A stretch of DNA of 64,000 nucleotides from the human T2T-CHM13v2.0 reference genome, Homo sapiens (GCF_009914755.1 NC_060927.1), one strand, 5' to 3'; counted from the stretch's first letter, positions 29,146 to 48,169 are shown. The notes: generated from the letters alone by a model not told the origin. Numbers and translations are program-made.

Positions 29146-29597
29146 GGTTCCTGGACAGATCAGGCTAGCCCTGCCCTCCACCCACACCTGCCCGCTCCCC
29201 ACGATAAGCACCAGTGGGACTGTGGTGACTTCTGCTGCTGGCCCCGCCCCTGCCCCCAGAGCGTCCTTGGCTGCCGTCTGGCCGGGCTCTCATGGTACTT
29301 CCTCTGTGAACTGTGTGTGAATCTGCTTTTCCTCTGCCTTCGGAGGGAAATTGTAAATCCTGTGTTTCATTACTTGAATGTAGTTATCTATTGAAAATAT
29401 ATATTATATACATAGACATATATATATATAATAGGCTGTATATATTGCTCAGTAGAGAAAAACCATGGGGGACTGGTGATATGTTGATCTTTTTCAAAAA
29501 AATATATATATGACAAAAAAAAAAAAAAAAAGGAGCACAAGCTGTTTGAACCACCAGGTTTATTTGTGTGTCTAAATAAACACCAAATAGTACCAAC
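29146..29597 (+). other. PRKCD: PRKCD 3'UTR (end approximate)
   Basis: Between the stop codon and AATAAA; AT-rich distal half. Confidence 0.85.
29575..29580 (+). terminator. PRKCD polyadenylation signal AATAAA
   Basis: Canonical hexamer ~430 nt after the stop, followed by GT-rich ggttgtc/gtttgtc. Confidence 0.9.
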
Positions 29598-29971
29598 CTG
29601 GTTGTCAGGACACGTTTGTCCCAGGAAGCTGGTGGTGGCCACTCCCACTTTTGGCAGCACTGGCCCGGAAGCCAACTGCTGGGCCTTCATGCAAATGTGT
29701 TTGTATTTATGGGTTTCCTCTGGCCCCAGGACCCTGGGCCTAAGGCAGACAGCTTTTCTGGGTGGCGACAGGGAGCCCCAGATGTCTCTGTGGGGTGATG
29801 GGACCAGCTGTAGCTGTCTCTGGAAGGGCAGAGAAGTAGAAGACATGAGCAGAGGCTTTAAGGCTGGCTCCAGATGAGGGAGGAGGACAAGGGAGAGGAA
29901 GAAAATACAGCTCAGGCTTCAAGCATATCTGGATTTAAATCACAGAGTAGCCAAAGGATGTGGGCACGTCA

Positions 29972-30217
<246 letters not shown>

Positions 30218-32466
30218 TCATTACCATTTATCCCTGCCTTTGCCGCAGAGGAGTCTGTGTCTAAATTCTAGAATCTATATCATAGCAGCTCTTGCCTACC
30301 TGGGGAAGGAGAGACAGGCAGGGTGGGAGAGAAAGGTGGAAAAATGCTGAGTGACTGGGCCAAGGTTGACAGACATGCTCCAGTGTGCCTGTCGTGCAGG
30401 TGAGGAATGGCTCCAGGAGACCAGGAGGTGCCGGCATCCCCCCAAGAGTGCACAGCTGGAGACAGTGTGTCTGCTCTGCCCTCCTCCCCACCGTTTCCAT
30501 GTCTCCCCCTCTCCTGGCTTTTCATTGCTTCCGCCTCCCTCGCTACCTCTCCCTCTTTCTGTTCCCGCCCTGCTGTCTGGGACACCGGTCTCAGGCAGAG
30601 CCTGCTCTTCAGCCCCTCTGGTCCAGCCCTGGCCCTCTGTCCCTAGAGGGGGGCGAGGCACTCCTAGCACCGGATTGGCTGGCCTGGGCAGCCAAGCAAC
30701 TGACTTCCAGCAAGTTCATTTTTCTGGGCTGAGGTACAAGTTTCCACAACCGGAGAGGGTGGGATGGTATGGGGCTGGTGCTGGCCCAGGGAGGGGGCTG
30801 CAGGGATGGGGGCCAAACTCTCCCCAAAGAGACCAAATGTCCCCTTCTCCTCCCCACCTCCTATCTTCTCAAGGAACCTTCCTCTTGAATTCCTGCTCTG
30901 CCTTGGGCCAGCCTGGGTGTCCAGGACAGCAGGGAAAACCTCAGAAAGTGCTTGTCCTGTGGGATCACACGTGGAGGAACTGGCAGCATGGCATAGGCTC
31001 TGTTCTGGGACACTGGGGCTGTAGGAGCCCAGAGGAGGTGCCTGGAGACCCCCTGTTCCCTGCCTCTGCCACAACACACACATTCCCCAAGAACCCTCAT
31101 GGAGCCATTCAGAGGGAGGTTAGAACAAAAACGTGGTTGGTGTCTGAACTCAGAGCCTCCCAGCGTCCTCCTGAAGCACCAAAGCGGAGCCTTGTAACTC
31201 GAGCCGTTTCCTCCCGTGTGGAACCGGGGAATAGGTTGTTTATCAGCCAGAGGCAGTGGAGGGTGGTGGGAAGAACATGGTGCCTGGAATCAGAAGCCTG
31301 GGGTTTGAATTCCACTCCGCTACCTACATACCAGGCACTCGATGAGTTCCTTCATGGGCCTCAGTTTCCTCATCTGTAAAACCAGACCATTAATCCTGCT
31401 GCCTCATGGAACTGACTCTGGCAGGCCCTTGTAGGACTGTTGGTCCACTACTCAGTGGTGCCAGGCAGAGCCCAGGAAAGGACAGGGGCTGGGCCCGTGA
31501 GGTCCACCTCAAGCAGCTCAGGACAGGAAGCAGCTGCTGGGGACACTGCCAAACTGCCTGGGAGGCTACACCATTCCAGGCCCATTCCCAGCCATTGGGT
31601 GGGTGCCAGGCTTGACCCAGCAGCCTCAGGAAATGCCTCTTAAGGCTGGGCCCTGAACCACACTTTCACTAGGACCTGGGGACCCTGAAGCAGGCAGATT
31701 GCCCTCTGCCTCCCACCTGCCAAGTAGGTATTTGAGCAGCAGCCAGCCTACCCCCGACCCTGCAAGGGCCAAACAGAGCTGAGTGCCCCATCAGTGCTGG
31801 GCCGAGCAGCATGGATACAGGAGGGCCTGGAGGCAGGAGCATGAGCTCGGCTACTAGACAGCCCTGGGTTCGAACTGTGCATGTCCCTGGTTGTGTGACC
31901 TCAGTAAATGACTTAACCTCCCAGTGCCCTAAATTCCTCTACTGTAAAATGGGGATTACCATGATGGCTGCCGTGGACTGTGATGATGTCTCTAAGTGCA
32001 GGGCATGAGCTCAGCGTGCACTAGGTGCATAGGAAACAGCAGCCACTATGACCCCGTGCCCGGGTGGGATGAAACATGCTCAGGAGAGCAGGCCTGTCCA
32101 CTGCACACTGCACTTCGAGTGCAAGTCCTCTAACTGGACCGCAGGTGGGCGGTTAAATGCACCCGCCTCATGACCCAGTGGTGCCTTTCAGGCAGAGCTA
32201 CCTGGGAACTTCACCCAAGGGCCCCAGAAGGCTTGCCAGGAAGCCCACCACTGCATGGATTAATGGAAAAACTGGAAGCAAGCAGAAGGCCCAGCAGCCG
32301 GGGAACTGGTTAAATACTCTCCTGGCGTGGAAAGTGGTGCAGGGCCAAGTGATCGGCAAAAAGAGACATTGAGAGAATCAAAGATGCAGCCAGATTCTAC
32401 CCTGTGGTTCCACGGGCCAGCTCGTGAGGGCATCCAAGGTCTCAGGCACAGCAAAGAGCTGCAGAG

Positions 32467-32537
32467 ATGAAGGATGGATGGAAGGATGGATGGATGAATG
32501 AATGGATGAATGAATGAATGAATGAATGAATGAATGG
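32467..32537. repeat. (GGAT)n(GAAT)n tetranucleotide repeat
   Basis: Direct reading; may derive from an L2 tail. Confidence 0.9.
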
Positions 32538-32973
32538 ACTGCCGAGACCCCAAGTCCCTTTAAGGCAGTGGCTCCCAAATTCAGCGTGTGTTGGTACCAT
32601 GTCAAGTTCTAACCAGCGGGTCTCAGCCCTGGCTGTCACTGGAAGCCGATGCCAGGCTGCCCTGGTCTACTTACTCGGTGATCTGTGGAGGGCCGGGCAT
32701 CAGTACTTTGAAAGCTGCCCCTGCGGTCCCACCTGCGCAGAGCCAGTTGGGGAATCTGCATTTTGCCCAGTCATCCTGGTGAAGCCAGAAAATGCTACTC
32801 TGAACAGGCCACACCCTGGAAGGCGAAGTCACCTGCCTGTATGGCCCAGTCTTGGCCCGCAGAGGCCCGAGCATCCCCTCCACAACCTGCGCCCCGCCTG
32901 CGCAAGGACCACGGGCGGAGGGTTGGTGGCTAGGGAAGAACGGTGCGGAAAGCACGCGGCCCCAGCTGGGCTA

Positions 32974-32992
32974 CAGCGCCCTCTGGCGGCCA
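32974..32992 (-). promoter_or_regulatory. CTCF motif in a CpG-rich patch (~32850-33070)
   Basis: Reverse strand reads TGGCCGCCAGAGGGCGCTG vs consensus TGGCCACCAGGGGGCGCTA. Confidence 0.75.
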
Positions 32993-33233
32993 GAAGGCTC
33001 GCGGGCGCTGAGGCCGCAGACCCCAGGAGGGGAGGACCCCCGTGGAAGGGAGCGCCGGCTTTCTCACTTCGTGTCACTACTCCCTGGGGAAATATTTCAA
33101 TAAAGAGGTACTGGGTGACCATTTTGGAGAGGTTCAGAGACGTGGAGGTTACAGCTAGACAGCCCCCTGGTATTTTTAGGATCTCCGGACGGCCCTAAAT
33201 TCAACCATTCCAACGTCACAGCCACATTCCCCC

Positions 33234-33535
33234 ATTTATTATTAATTTATTTAGAGACAGGGTCTTGACCTGTCACCCAGGCTGGGGTGCAGTGGTGCCA
33301 TCACAGCTCACTGCAGCCTCGACCTCCTGGGCTTGTCAAGCAATCCTCCCACCCTCAGCCTCCCGAGTAGCTAGGACCACAGGCATGTACCACCCTGCCT
33401 GGCTAATTTTGTATTTTTGGTAGAGTTGGGGTTTCACCATGTTACCCAGACTGGTCTCAAATTCCTGAGCTCAAGCAATCCTCCCACCTCGACCTCCCAA
33501 AGTGCTGTGATTACGGGCGTGAGCCACCGTGCCCA
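33234..33535 (-). mobile_element. AluJ
   Basis: Antisense Alu, J-type cagcctcgacctcctgggct. Confidence 0.9.
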
Positions 33536-33976
33536 TGAGCTCACCATGCACCTGCCCCTTCCTCGGCCTCCCTCAAAGCTGGATGGGATCTTCAGCTCCC
33601 CCCTGCACCCTGACTGTGCCCAGCACGTGATCCCGGACGACTGTGATGTCAGAGGCTGGGGAGCTGGTTGTGGTTTCCTGAGTGCTGACCATCCTCCCAG
33701 GCACTTTATCTCCTTAGGCTGGGGCAGGGGGAGATACATGCAGCTGAAAATACAAGACCTGGCAGCAAAGGAAAGGAATGGGGACAAAGGCCCCCAAAGG
33801 TGAGAGCCAGGCCTGAGTCAGCACAGCCCAGATCAGGCCAGACATGTGAGGTTTGGGGCACTCCTTGAGTCTGGTCGTCAGATTGAATCAGCCCTTCACA
33901 TAGCCTCAGTGATTTAAGTCTTCAGAACTTGAACGCCAGTTCCTAAATCAGGCTTCTTAAGTGGGGCTTAGAAGAT

Positions 33977-34972
<996 letters not shown>

Positions 34973-36235
34973 AAGACTCCTAATTTCTTCTCTGTCTCTG
35001 TCCTGAAATACATAACTCTGAAAGCCCTGACATTTGCTGCTCAGCCCACATTAAGTACTGGATAAAGCTCAGAGCTTTGGGGAAGGTACTTTTCCTTTTT
35101 CTTCTTAGGAGAGGGGAGTTTAGCTTTCTATCAGTTTCACCTGGGGTGGTAGATGCAGGAGCTGTGAGTAGGGTGGGCAGTGCTGCGCTCTGTTCCCAAA
35201 TTTGTATATTCCTTCATGGAACAGGTGGCTGCTGTGTGCCAGGACCTTGACGAGCATCACTCAACAGGCATGACTGTGCCTGGCACTCATGGTGTGTGGC
35301 CTGAGAGCCCATGTCAGAACACCCTGGGACAAGCACTGTGCTTGATGCTTTTCCTGCATGGTTGCCTGCAGTTCGTCGTCACAACAGCCCCGTGAGGAAA
35401 CGGCTGGGACTCTCTCCTTTTACCGGTGAGCAAACCCAGGCTCTGAGAGGTTGAGTGATGTGGCCTACAGCTCTGGAATGGGGGCTCCTTCCATCTGCGA
35501 GTTGGTTCCCTTGTCATGTTTCCTGTAGAGACAACAGGACATTCTCCCTTCTTTTCCTGGGCTTGCTCAGGAACTGTCAGAGAACACGAGGGCTCCCTAC
35601 CCTGGTCCTGTCCTCAGAGGGTCCAATAAGAGAGAAGTGAGCCAGTGGCAGGCAGGGACAGCAGAGGGCAGCAACGATGGGCACAGGCAGGCTGACTTGG
35701 AGCTGGAAGGACCCTTGGAGATTATGGGTCTGTAGTGAGGATATCCATGGATTCACAGTGGGGAAGCTGAGGCCAGAGAGGAGAAGGGGTTGGGCCAGGG
35801 TTGCACAGGAAGGTAGTGGCAGGGATGCAGGGAGACCCTCAAAGAGAACAGCCAGCTGGTCCCCAACATGCTACCTCCTAGAGGGCAGAATCCTGACTCA
35901 GTGTCCTTTGCACCCACTGCAAGCCCACAGTGAGCCCAGCACGTGGTGTGTGGCCAGTCAGTGTTGAGGAATGAGCACAGGTGAGTGAATACCGAGTGTC
36001 CACTGAGTGCTCGCTTCACCCCAGCACAGCCTGCCTCTCATTCTCTTTTCCCCTTCCCTGCTCTGGTATGAGGAGGGACAAGGATAAGAAGTAGGTAAAG
36101 TTAGGAGTGGCCTCTAGTGCTGCCTGTGGCACTAACGGTGGCAGATAACCAAAGCCCAAGGCCTTAGAGTTCATGTCCTCCAGCAGGTGGGTGGTGGAGG
36201 CCAGCCGCCCCAGCCGAGGGTGGGGACCCGGCTCA

Positions 36236-36706
<471 letters not shown>

Positions 36707-37246
36707 TCACAAAATATTTGCATTGAATCAAAAATGAATTTTGTTAGCTTAATTGTTCTTGAATACCCTGTCCGGAAAAAAAGGTATGTTTTGAAAAAAA
36801 AGTCTTTAAACCTAGCTCACGTTTGTCAATTGCTTGATATCAAATGCCCCTGTTTATAATGGACCCATATGCATACTCTGCCTGGCATGTGCCAGGAGGT
36901 GGCAGTGCTGATGGCCAAACCATAGGACGAGGGCTCAGAGTCAGATCTGGGTCTACACCTGCCTGCCCCATCCCAGTTGTGTGGCCCTGAGCAGGCTGTT
37001 CAGCCTCTCTTAGCCTCAGTTTCCTCATCTGCAGCATGTGCATAATAGTATATGGTTGTTAAGAGGTCAATGCATGGAAAACTCATACTGCAGCCAAGCA
37101 CCCAGAAATGTAAGAATGTGATTCTTAACTCCATGAACATTTTGCATGTCATCATACATGATCTCTTCATAACAATGCTGTAAGCATAAGGAATTCTGTG
37201 GGAAGGGGACACACTTTTCCTAGCATGGGAGTGGGGTACAGAGCCC

Positions 37247-37263
37247 TGAGTCATGAGTCAGCA
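37247..37263. promoter_or_regulatory. Tandem AP-1 sites with embedded ARE/NF-E2 motif
   Basis: TGAGTCA-TGAGTCA-GCA; reverse strand TGCTGACTCAT. Confidence 0.5.
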
Positions 37264-38027
37264 GTGGGCTCCAGTCCCTGAAACAGGGGCCTTCACTCTT
37301 CCTCTCACTGTGGGCTTTGGGCCAGCAGCCAGCTCCACAGCAGAAAATGTGTCTAAGATTGGTAGGAATAGCAAGTGAGCCTCATGTGAGTTTAAATTGC
37401 GAGAAAGAAAATTTGAACGTCAAATACCCCAGTTCTCAGCACAAATTAAAATCAAACCCTAGGAAAGGCGGTAATTACCACTGTCACAAAATTCCATGGA
37501 AAGTTGCAGCAGCAGTAGAAAGAACAGCTGACACCTGCGACATGGCCCCCTTCTCTCCCCCCATTTGGTTTTACAGCCCATGCTGAGCTCCCTGCCTCCA
37601 CCCTCATGATCCTCCCCAGCCTATTCCAGAGGCTCAGCTGCAGAGCCACCTGGAGACCCCCAAATGTAGCCCCTACTGGTAGCGTCTGGGGCATGAATGT
37701 GCAGGTTGAGCTGATGTTTCTTGAGCATCTACTAAGGGCAGATCTGGTACTGGAGGCTTTAGTGCATTAGTGGTCTTGACCTTGAAATGAAGGCTGGACT
37801 CATTAATTCACTCTGTGATGGCATGTTGGGGGCTCTGCAGGATGGTGGGAAGCTGACGCAATCAAGGAACAGAACTCATGCCCTCAGTTGGGAGGCAGGT
37901 GCGTAAAGACGATCACAGTACGTGGTGGTGTGGGGACGAGGGGTGCCCACAAAGGCTGTGGGCATACAGAGGCGCTGGCTCTTCCTGGGTGGGCTGTGGC
38001 AACCAGGGAAGGTCTCCTGGAAGCGGG

Positions 38028-38812
<785 letters not shown>

Positions 38813-40134
38813 GGAGGAACATGTAATCCTGAGACCCAAAGAATGAGTAGCTCTCACAGTCAGTCTGGCAAAACTTTTCAAGTCTGATAATACCCAGTGC
38901 TGGTGGTAGGTGTAGGTGTTGGGCAGGGCGGGGTTATGGGGGAGGCACTATTCGCAGCAGTGGGAATGTAAGTTGGCCCCATTCTCCTGGAAAGTCATTT
39001 GGCACTCTGTGGGCACTGAAGACCAGCAGTGTCTCTGCTGGGGACAGCCTTGGTGGCCTCAAGAGTCACACAGATGAGGATGCTCGTTGTCTATTTTAGT
39101 CTCTGTGCTTGTCTCTGTGTTCCAAATGATCCATAATTTTTTAAAGTGTCTTTTAAAGAATATGTAGGTGTTCTGACTCTTGATCTGATGGCTGGTTACC
39201 CAGGCGTCCTTTTATAATAATTTGTTATACTGTTCTTTTGTTCTATGTGCTTTTCTTTATGGATATGACATTTCACAGTTTTTAAAAATTAGAAAGAATG
39301 AGTAGGCGAGACGCTGGGGTCAGGCAGTCTCAGGCAGAGGAAGCAGCCTGAGCAAAGCCCGGGGAGCTGGGCAAAGGCAGGGGTGTGCATGACCCTGGGA
39401 ATCCTGGCCCAACAACCAGGCACCCTGGCCCAAGGACATGCGGTCCCCTGAGGAACAGCATCTCTGCTCCCACCTCTGGCTAGCCATTGGTGCAGCACCT
39501 GCACTGCCGAGGCCAGGCCTAATTTAGTCCCACTTCAGCCTGTGTGAGGCTGGATCAAAAGTGAGCTCTCAGTGAGGGGGAACCAGTAGAGGTGAGATGA
39601 TGGGTTTAATAAAGTAGTTTAACCACCGCCACTGGGTGTGCTAAGAGGCGGTTGCTGTGGCCAGCAGGTGGAGGTTATAATGAGCCTGGCAGTTGTTGTT
39701 GGAGGCGGCAGGCAGTGGCTGTGCTGATGGGAGAATTCGTGGCAGTGGCAGCTTGACAACCTGTCTGGGGAGAGAGGGCGGAGCAGCGGCCACCGGTGGA
39801 GGCACGGGGGCAGCTGTGCCCACAGGGGTACTACTGATGGCTCCCCAACCAGCTCCACAGCCTTTTCCGGGGGCTTTTAGAAGGTTGGAGGAGATGGAGT
39901 ACAGGCAGGGGTGGCAGGAAAGTTGTTTTTTCAGTGGAAGCCAAAGACAAACTTCAAGAGAAGAGGAAAAGTTGTTTGTTAAACTCTCTAGTGGTTTTCT
40001 GCATTGGCGATGGGAAGTCAAACCAAAGCACTGGGCTTTTGGCCTCAGCGGGGTGCTGCACCTGCAGGGTACGGAAGGGCACCTGGCATGAGGGAAAATG
40101 AGTGATTTATCTAACAAGTTGTCTTATTAGGAAA

Positions 40135-41352
<1,218 letters not shown>

Positions 41353-41404
41353 TCACATAAATTTACCACAATTTATTTATCCAAATAAATGGTGTGGAAT
41401 TTTG

Positions 41405-44650
<3,246 letters not shown>

Positions 44651-45689
44651 GACTGGTGTATTAATGAAGTAATGAAGCTTCAGCAAAGTCTTATCTGAAA
44701 TTGCAAAGGCAGGCAAATTTGTTCCAGAGGTCACAAGACTTAACATTCCATTATAAAAGTAAATGTTATTACTGTTACAAGAGTATACGCAAGGCAATAA
44801 AACTGATTCTGTATAAATCATGAAATTCAGGAAACCTTCAGCAGTGCATCTGTACATGAAACTTTCTCAACCACAATAATGAAGTTGTCTCGGGTTAATG
44901 TATTATCATTTGCAACTCATTTTTCCAGTTACCCACTTTATCGAACAGCCATTCCTGTGGCACCTGCCCCATATAAAACACTGTGCCTGGCTATGGGAAG
45001 AAAATAAAGATGAGCCTGTAATCCCAGGACTTTGGGAGGCTGAGGCAGGTGGATCACCTGAGGTCAGGAGTTCAAGACCAGTCTGGCCAATATGGCGAAG
45101 CCCTGTCTCTACTAGAAAAAAAAAAAAAAAAAGCCAGGTGTGATGGCATGTGTCTGTAATCCCAGCTACTCAGGAGGCTGAGAAGAATTGCTTGAACCCA
45201 GGAGACAGAAGTTGCAGTGAGCCAAGATCATGCCATTGCACTCCAGCCTGGGTGACAGAGCAGGACTATCTCAAAAATAAATAAATAAATAATAAAATAA
45301 AGATAACCAGAAAATGAACCAGGCTTTAAGAATTTCACAATCTATAACAAATTGCCATCATAGGAGGGAATAAATACAGAGGAGGGATGGAGATATTTCT
45401 CCCAACCAGAGATGTGAAAAAGACCATTACCTAGGTAACCTCCTAAAGCATGAGAATTTAGAAATATTTAGTTAAGAAAGGCTGCAACTTGTTTTTTGGC
45501 AACTTCTGATTAAAATAGTAAATTTCTGGTTAAAATATTAAAATGTCTCTTCTGTTTCATCTCCCTGCCTTCTGTCACTCTACTGTCCTTGAAACTGGAG
45601 AGAGAGAGAGAGAGGAACAGCAGAGTGGAGGAACAGCCACCACCAATATCTAGATTAACTGTTTCCAGAGGGTTGGTAATAAGATGTGT

Positions 45690-47177
45690 TGTAACCACCC
45701 AGTGGGTTTATTTTGCCCACTGCCCAGATACAGCTAATTTATCGAGACAGGGGAATTGCAATAGAGAAAGAGTTTAACCCTGCTTCTACTAAAAATACAA
45801 AAATTAGCCAGGTGTGGTGGCAGGCACCTGTAGTCCCAGCTACTCAGGAGGCTGAGGCAGGAGAATCACTGGAACTTGGGAGGCAGAGGTTGCAGTCAGC
45901 TGAGATCACACCATTGCACTCCAGCCTGTGCATCAGAGTGAGACTCCACCTCAAAAAAAAAAAAAAAAAAAAAAGAGTTTAATAGAGCCAGCTAAATGGG
46001 AGACAGAGTTTTTTATTATTACTCAAATCAGCCACCCCCAAAATTCAGTGTTTTAAGATAGTTTGGTGGGCAAGAGGCTAGGGAATGTGTGCTGCTGATT
46101 GGTTGGGGATGTAATCATAGGGGTGTGGAAAAGCAGTCCTCCTGCACTGAGTCCACTTCTAGGTGGGTACCACTAGAGGAGTTGCTAGTCTGGGTAGGGG
46201 CCATCTGGTTGTCAGAAATGCAAAAGCCTGAAAAGAGGCAGGGCATGGTGGCTCACACCTGCAATCCCAGCACTTTGGGAGGCCAAGGCTGGAGGATCAC
46301 TTGAGGTCAGGAGTTCGAGACCAGGCCAGGCACAGTGGCTCACACCTGTAATCCCAGCACTTTGGGAGGCAAAGGCTGGTGGATCACTTGAGGTCAGGAG
46401 TTTGAGACCAGGCCAGGTGCAGTGGCTCACACCTGTAATCCCAGCATTTTTGGAGGCTGAGGCAGGAGGATCACTTGAGGTCAGGAGTTCAAGACCAGCC
46501 TGGCCAACATGGTAAAACCCTGTCTCTACTAAAAATACAAAAAAATTAGCTGGGTGTGGTGGCGGGCACCTGTAATCCTAGCTACTCGGCTACTCCACCT
46601 CCAAGCTGAGGTGGGAGGATCACTTGAACCCGCGAAACAGAGGTTGTGAGCAGAGATCATGCCACTGCACTCCAGCCTGGGTGACAGAACAAGACTCTGT
46701 CTGGAAAAAAAAAAAAAGCCTGAAAAGATATCTCAAAGGGCCAATTTGGGGTTTTACAATGGTGATGTTATGTACAGGAGTAACTGGAGGAAGTTTTAAA
46801 TCTTGTGGCCTCTAGAATAATGGCTGGTAATCATTTAATTAGTAGGTTGGTGCAAAAGTAATTGCGGTTTTTGCCATTACTTTTAACTGCAAAAACCACA
46901 ATTATTTTTGTACCAACGTAATACTATTCTTAGCAGAATCCAGGCCCCTTTCATCCTCCTAACTTGGTGGCCTTTCATTAGTTTTACAAAGGTGGTTTAG
47001 TTTTGGGAAGGGCGATTATCATTTAAACCACAAACCAAATTTCTCCCAAGGTTAGCGAGTCCCATGCCCAGGAATGACCAAGGGCAGTTTGGAGGTTAAA
47101 AGCAAGATGGAGTTGGTTAGATCAAATTTTGCCTTCATGATTTTCTCGCTGATATAATTTCTGCAAAGGCAGTTTCA
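45690..47177 (-). mobile_element. LTR8/LTR8A-like ERV1 solo LTR with nested Alus and a MADE1
   Basis: Reverse strand begins TGAAACTGCCTTTGCAGAAATTAT and ends GGTTACA; near-TSD gtgt/atgt. Confidence 0.85.
46842..46921. mobile_element. MADE1 (Hsmar1-derived MITE)
   Basis: 80-bp near-palindrome taggttggtgcaaaagtaattgcgg...caattatttttgtaccaacgtaa flanked by TA. Confidence 0.93.
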
Positions 47178-47405
47178 ATGTAGCCTTGGAAATTGAGACT
47201 CCGCTTTAGGCTTACATGCAGATTTTTCAGGTTTATGCGAGATGTGAACAGAAAGACACTGTTTTGGTTTGGGAAGTTTAGAAATTGGTGGAAAGTCTGA
47301 TTAATGTTGTACTTTGGGTACTCTGTAAGTTTATTTTCTTTGTTTGTTTTCTTTTGGTTTAGTAAACCGTTTTTTGAGAATTTCAGCCTGTCTTTTCTAT
47401 GCTAA

Positions 47406-47795
<390 letters not shown>

Positions 47796-48075
47796 TCATG
47801 AGCCAGGCTTGGGGAATTGCTGGCCTAGAGGACATGAACTAGGGCGTGTTCATTTTTGCGTTCCCCTCAGCACAGGACTTTGGCAATGGAAATTATTCAA
47901 TATAAAGTTGGAAAAGAAAAAGTTCCTCTTCTGCAAAGGTGAAATTAAAAGTCTCTTCAGTCTTTTCAGACATAGTTAGGGACTAAATTAATGAAGTTAG
48001 CTTTGGTTAGCTGAAATTTAACAAATATTTGTTCATTCACTCAACAACCACTTGTTCTATGCAAGTTCATGTATG

Positions 48076-48079
<4 letters not shown>

Positions 48080-48138
<59 letters not shown>
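48080..48138. repeat. (TA)n microsatellite, ~29 units
   Basis: Direct reading. Confidence 0.95.
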
Positions 48139-48142
<4 letters not shown>

Positions 48143-48169
48143 GAATAAAAAATTTTGATTCCAAATAAT

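Noticed and set aside
29515-29531. A tract in the PRKCD 3'UTR resembling a poly(A) end
   Set aside because: Genomically encoded; a likely internal-priming artefact source, with the real AATAAA downstream
30351-31379. Longest ORF in the track (342 aa)
   Set aside because: GTG start, Pro/Ser/Gly-rich GC-driven composition, no recognisable domain, ends in a MIR; long chance ORFs are expected at this GC content
32109-32123. Small hairpins (tgcact-tcg-agtgca; also 28348-28371)
   Set aside because: 6-7 bp stems are expected by chance in 64 kb; no tRNA or snoRNA structure seen
32530-33198. 222-aa ORF across the CpG-rich patch
   Set aside because: ATG comes from a (GAAT)n repeat; no domain; GC-rich sequence suppresses stops
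39641-40117. Overlapping ORFs suggesting a processed pseudogene
   Set aside because: No recognisable parent protein, poly(A) tail or TSD
46237-46500. Regularly spaced repeats resembling a CRISPR array
   Set aside because: Units are contiguous Alu heads with no unique spacers, in a eukaryotic genome
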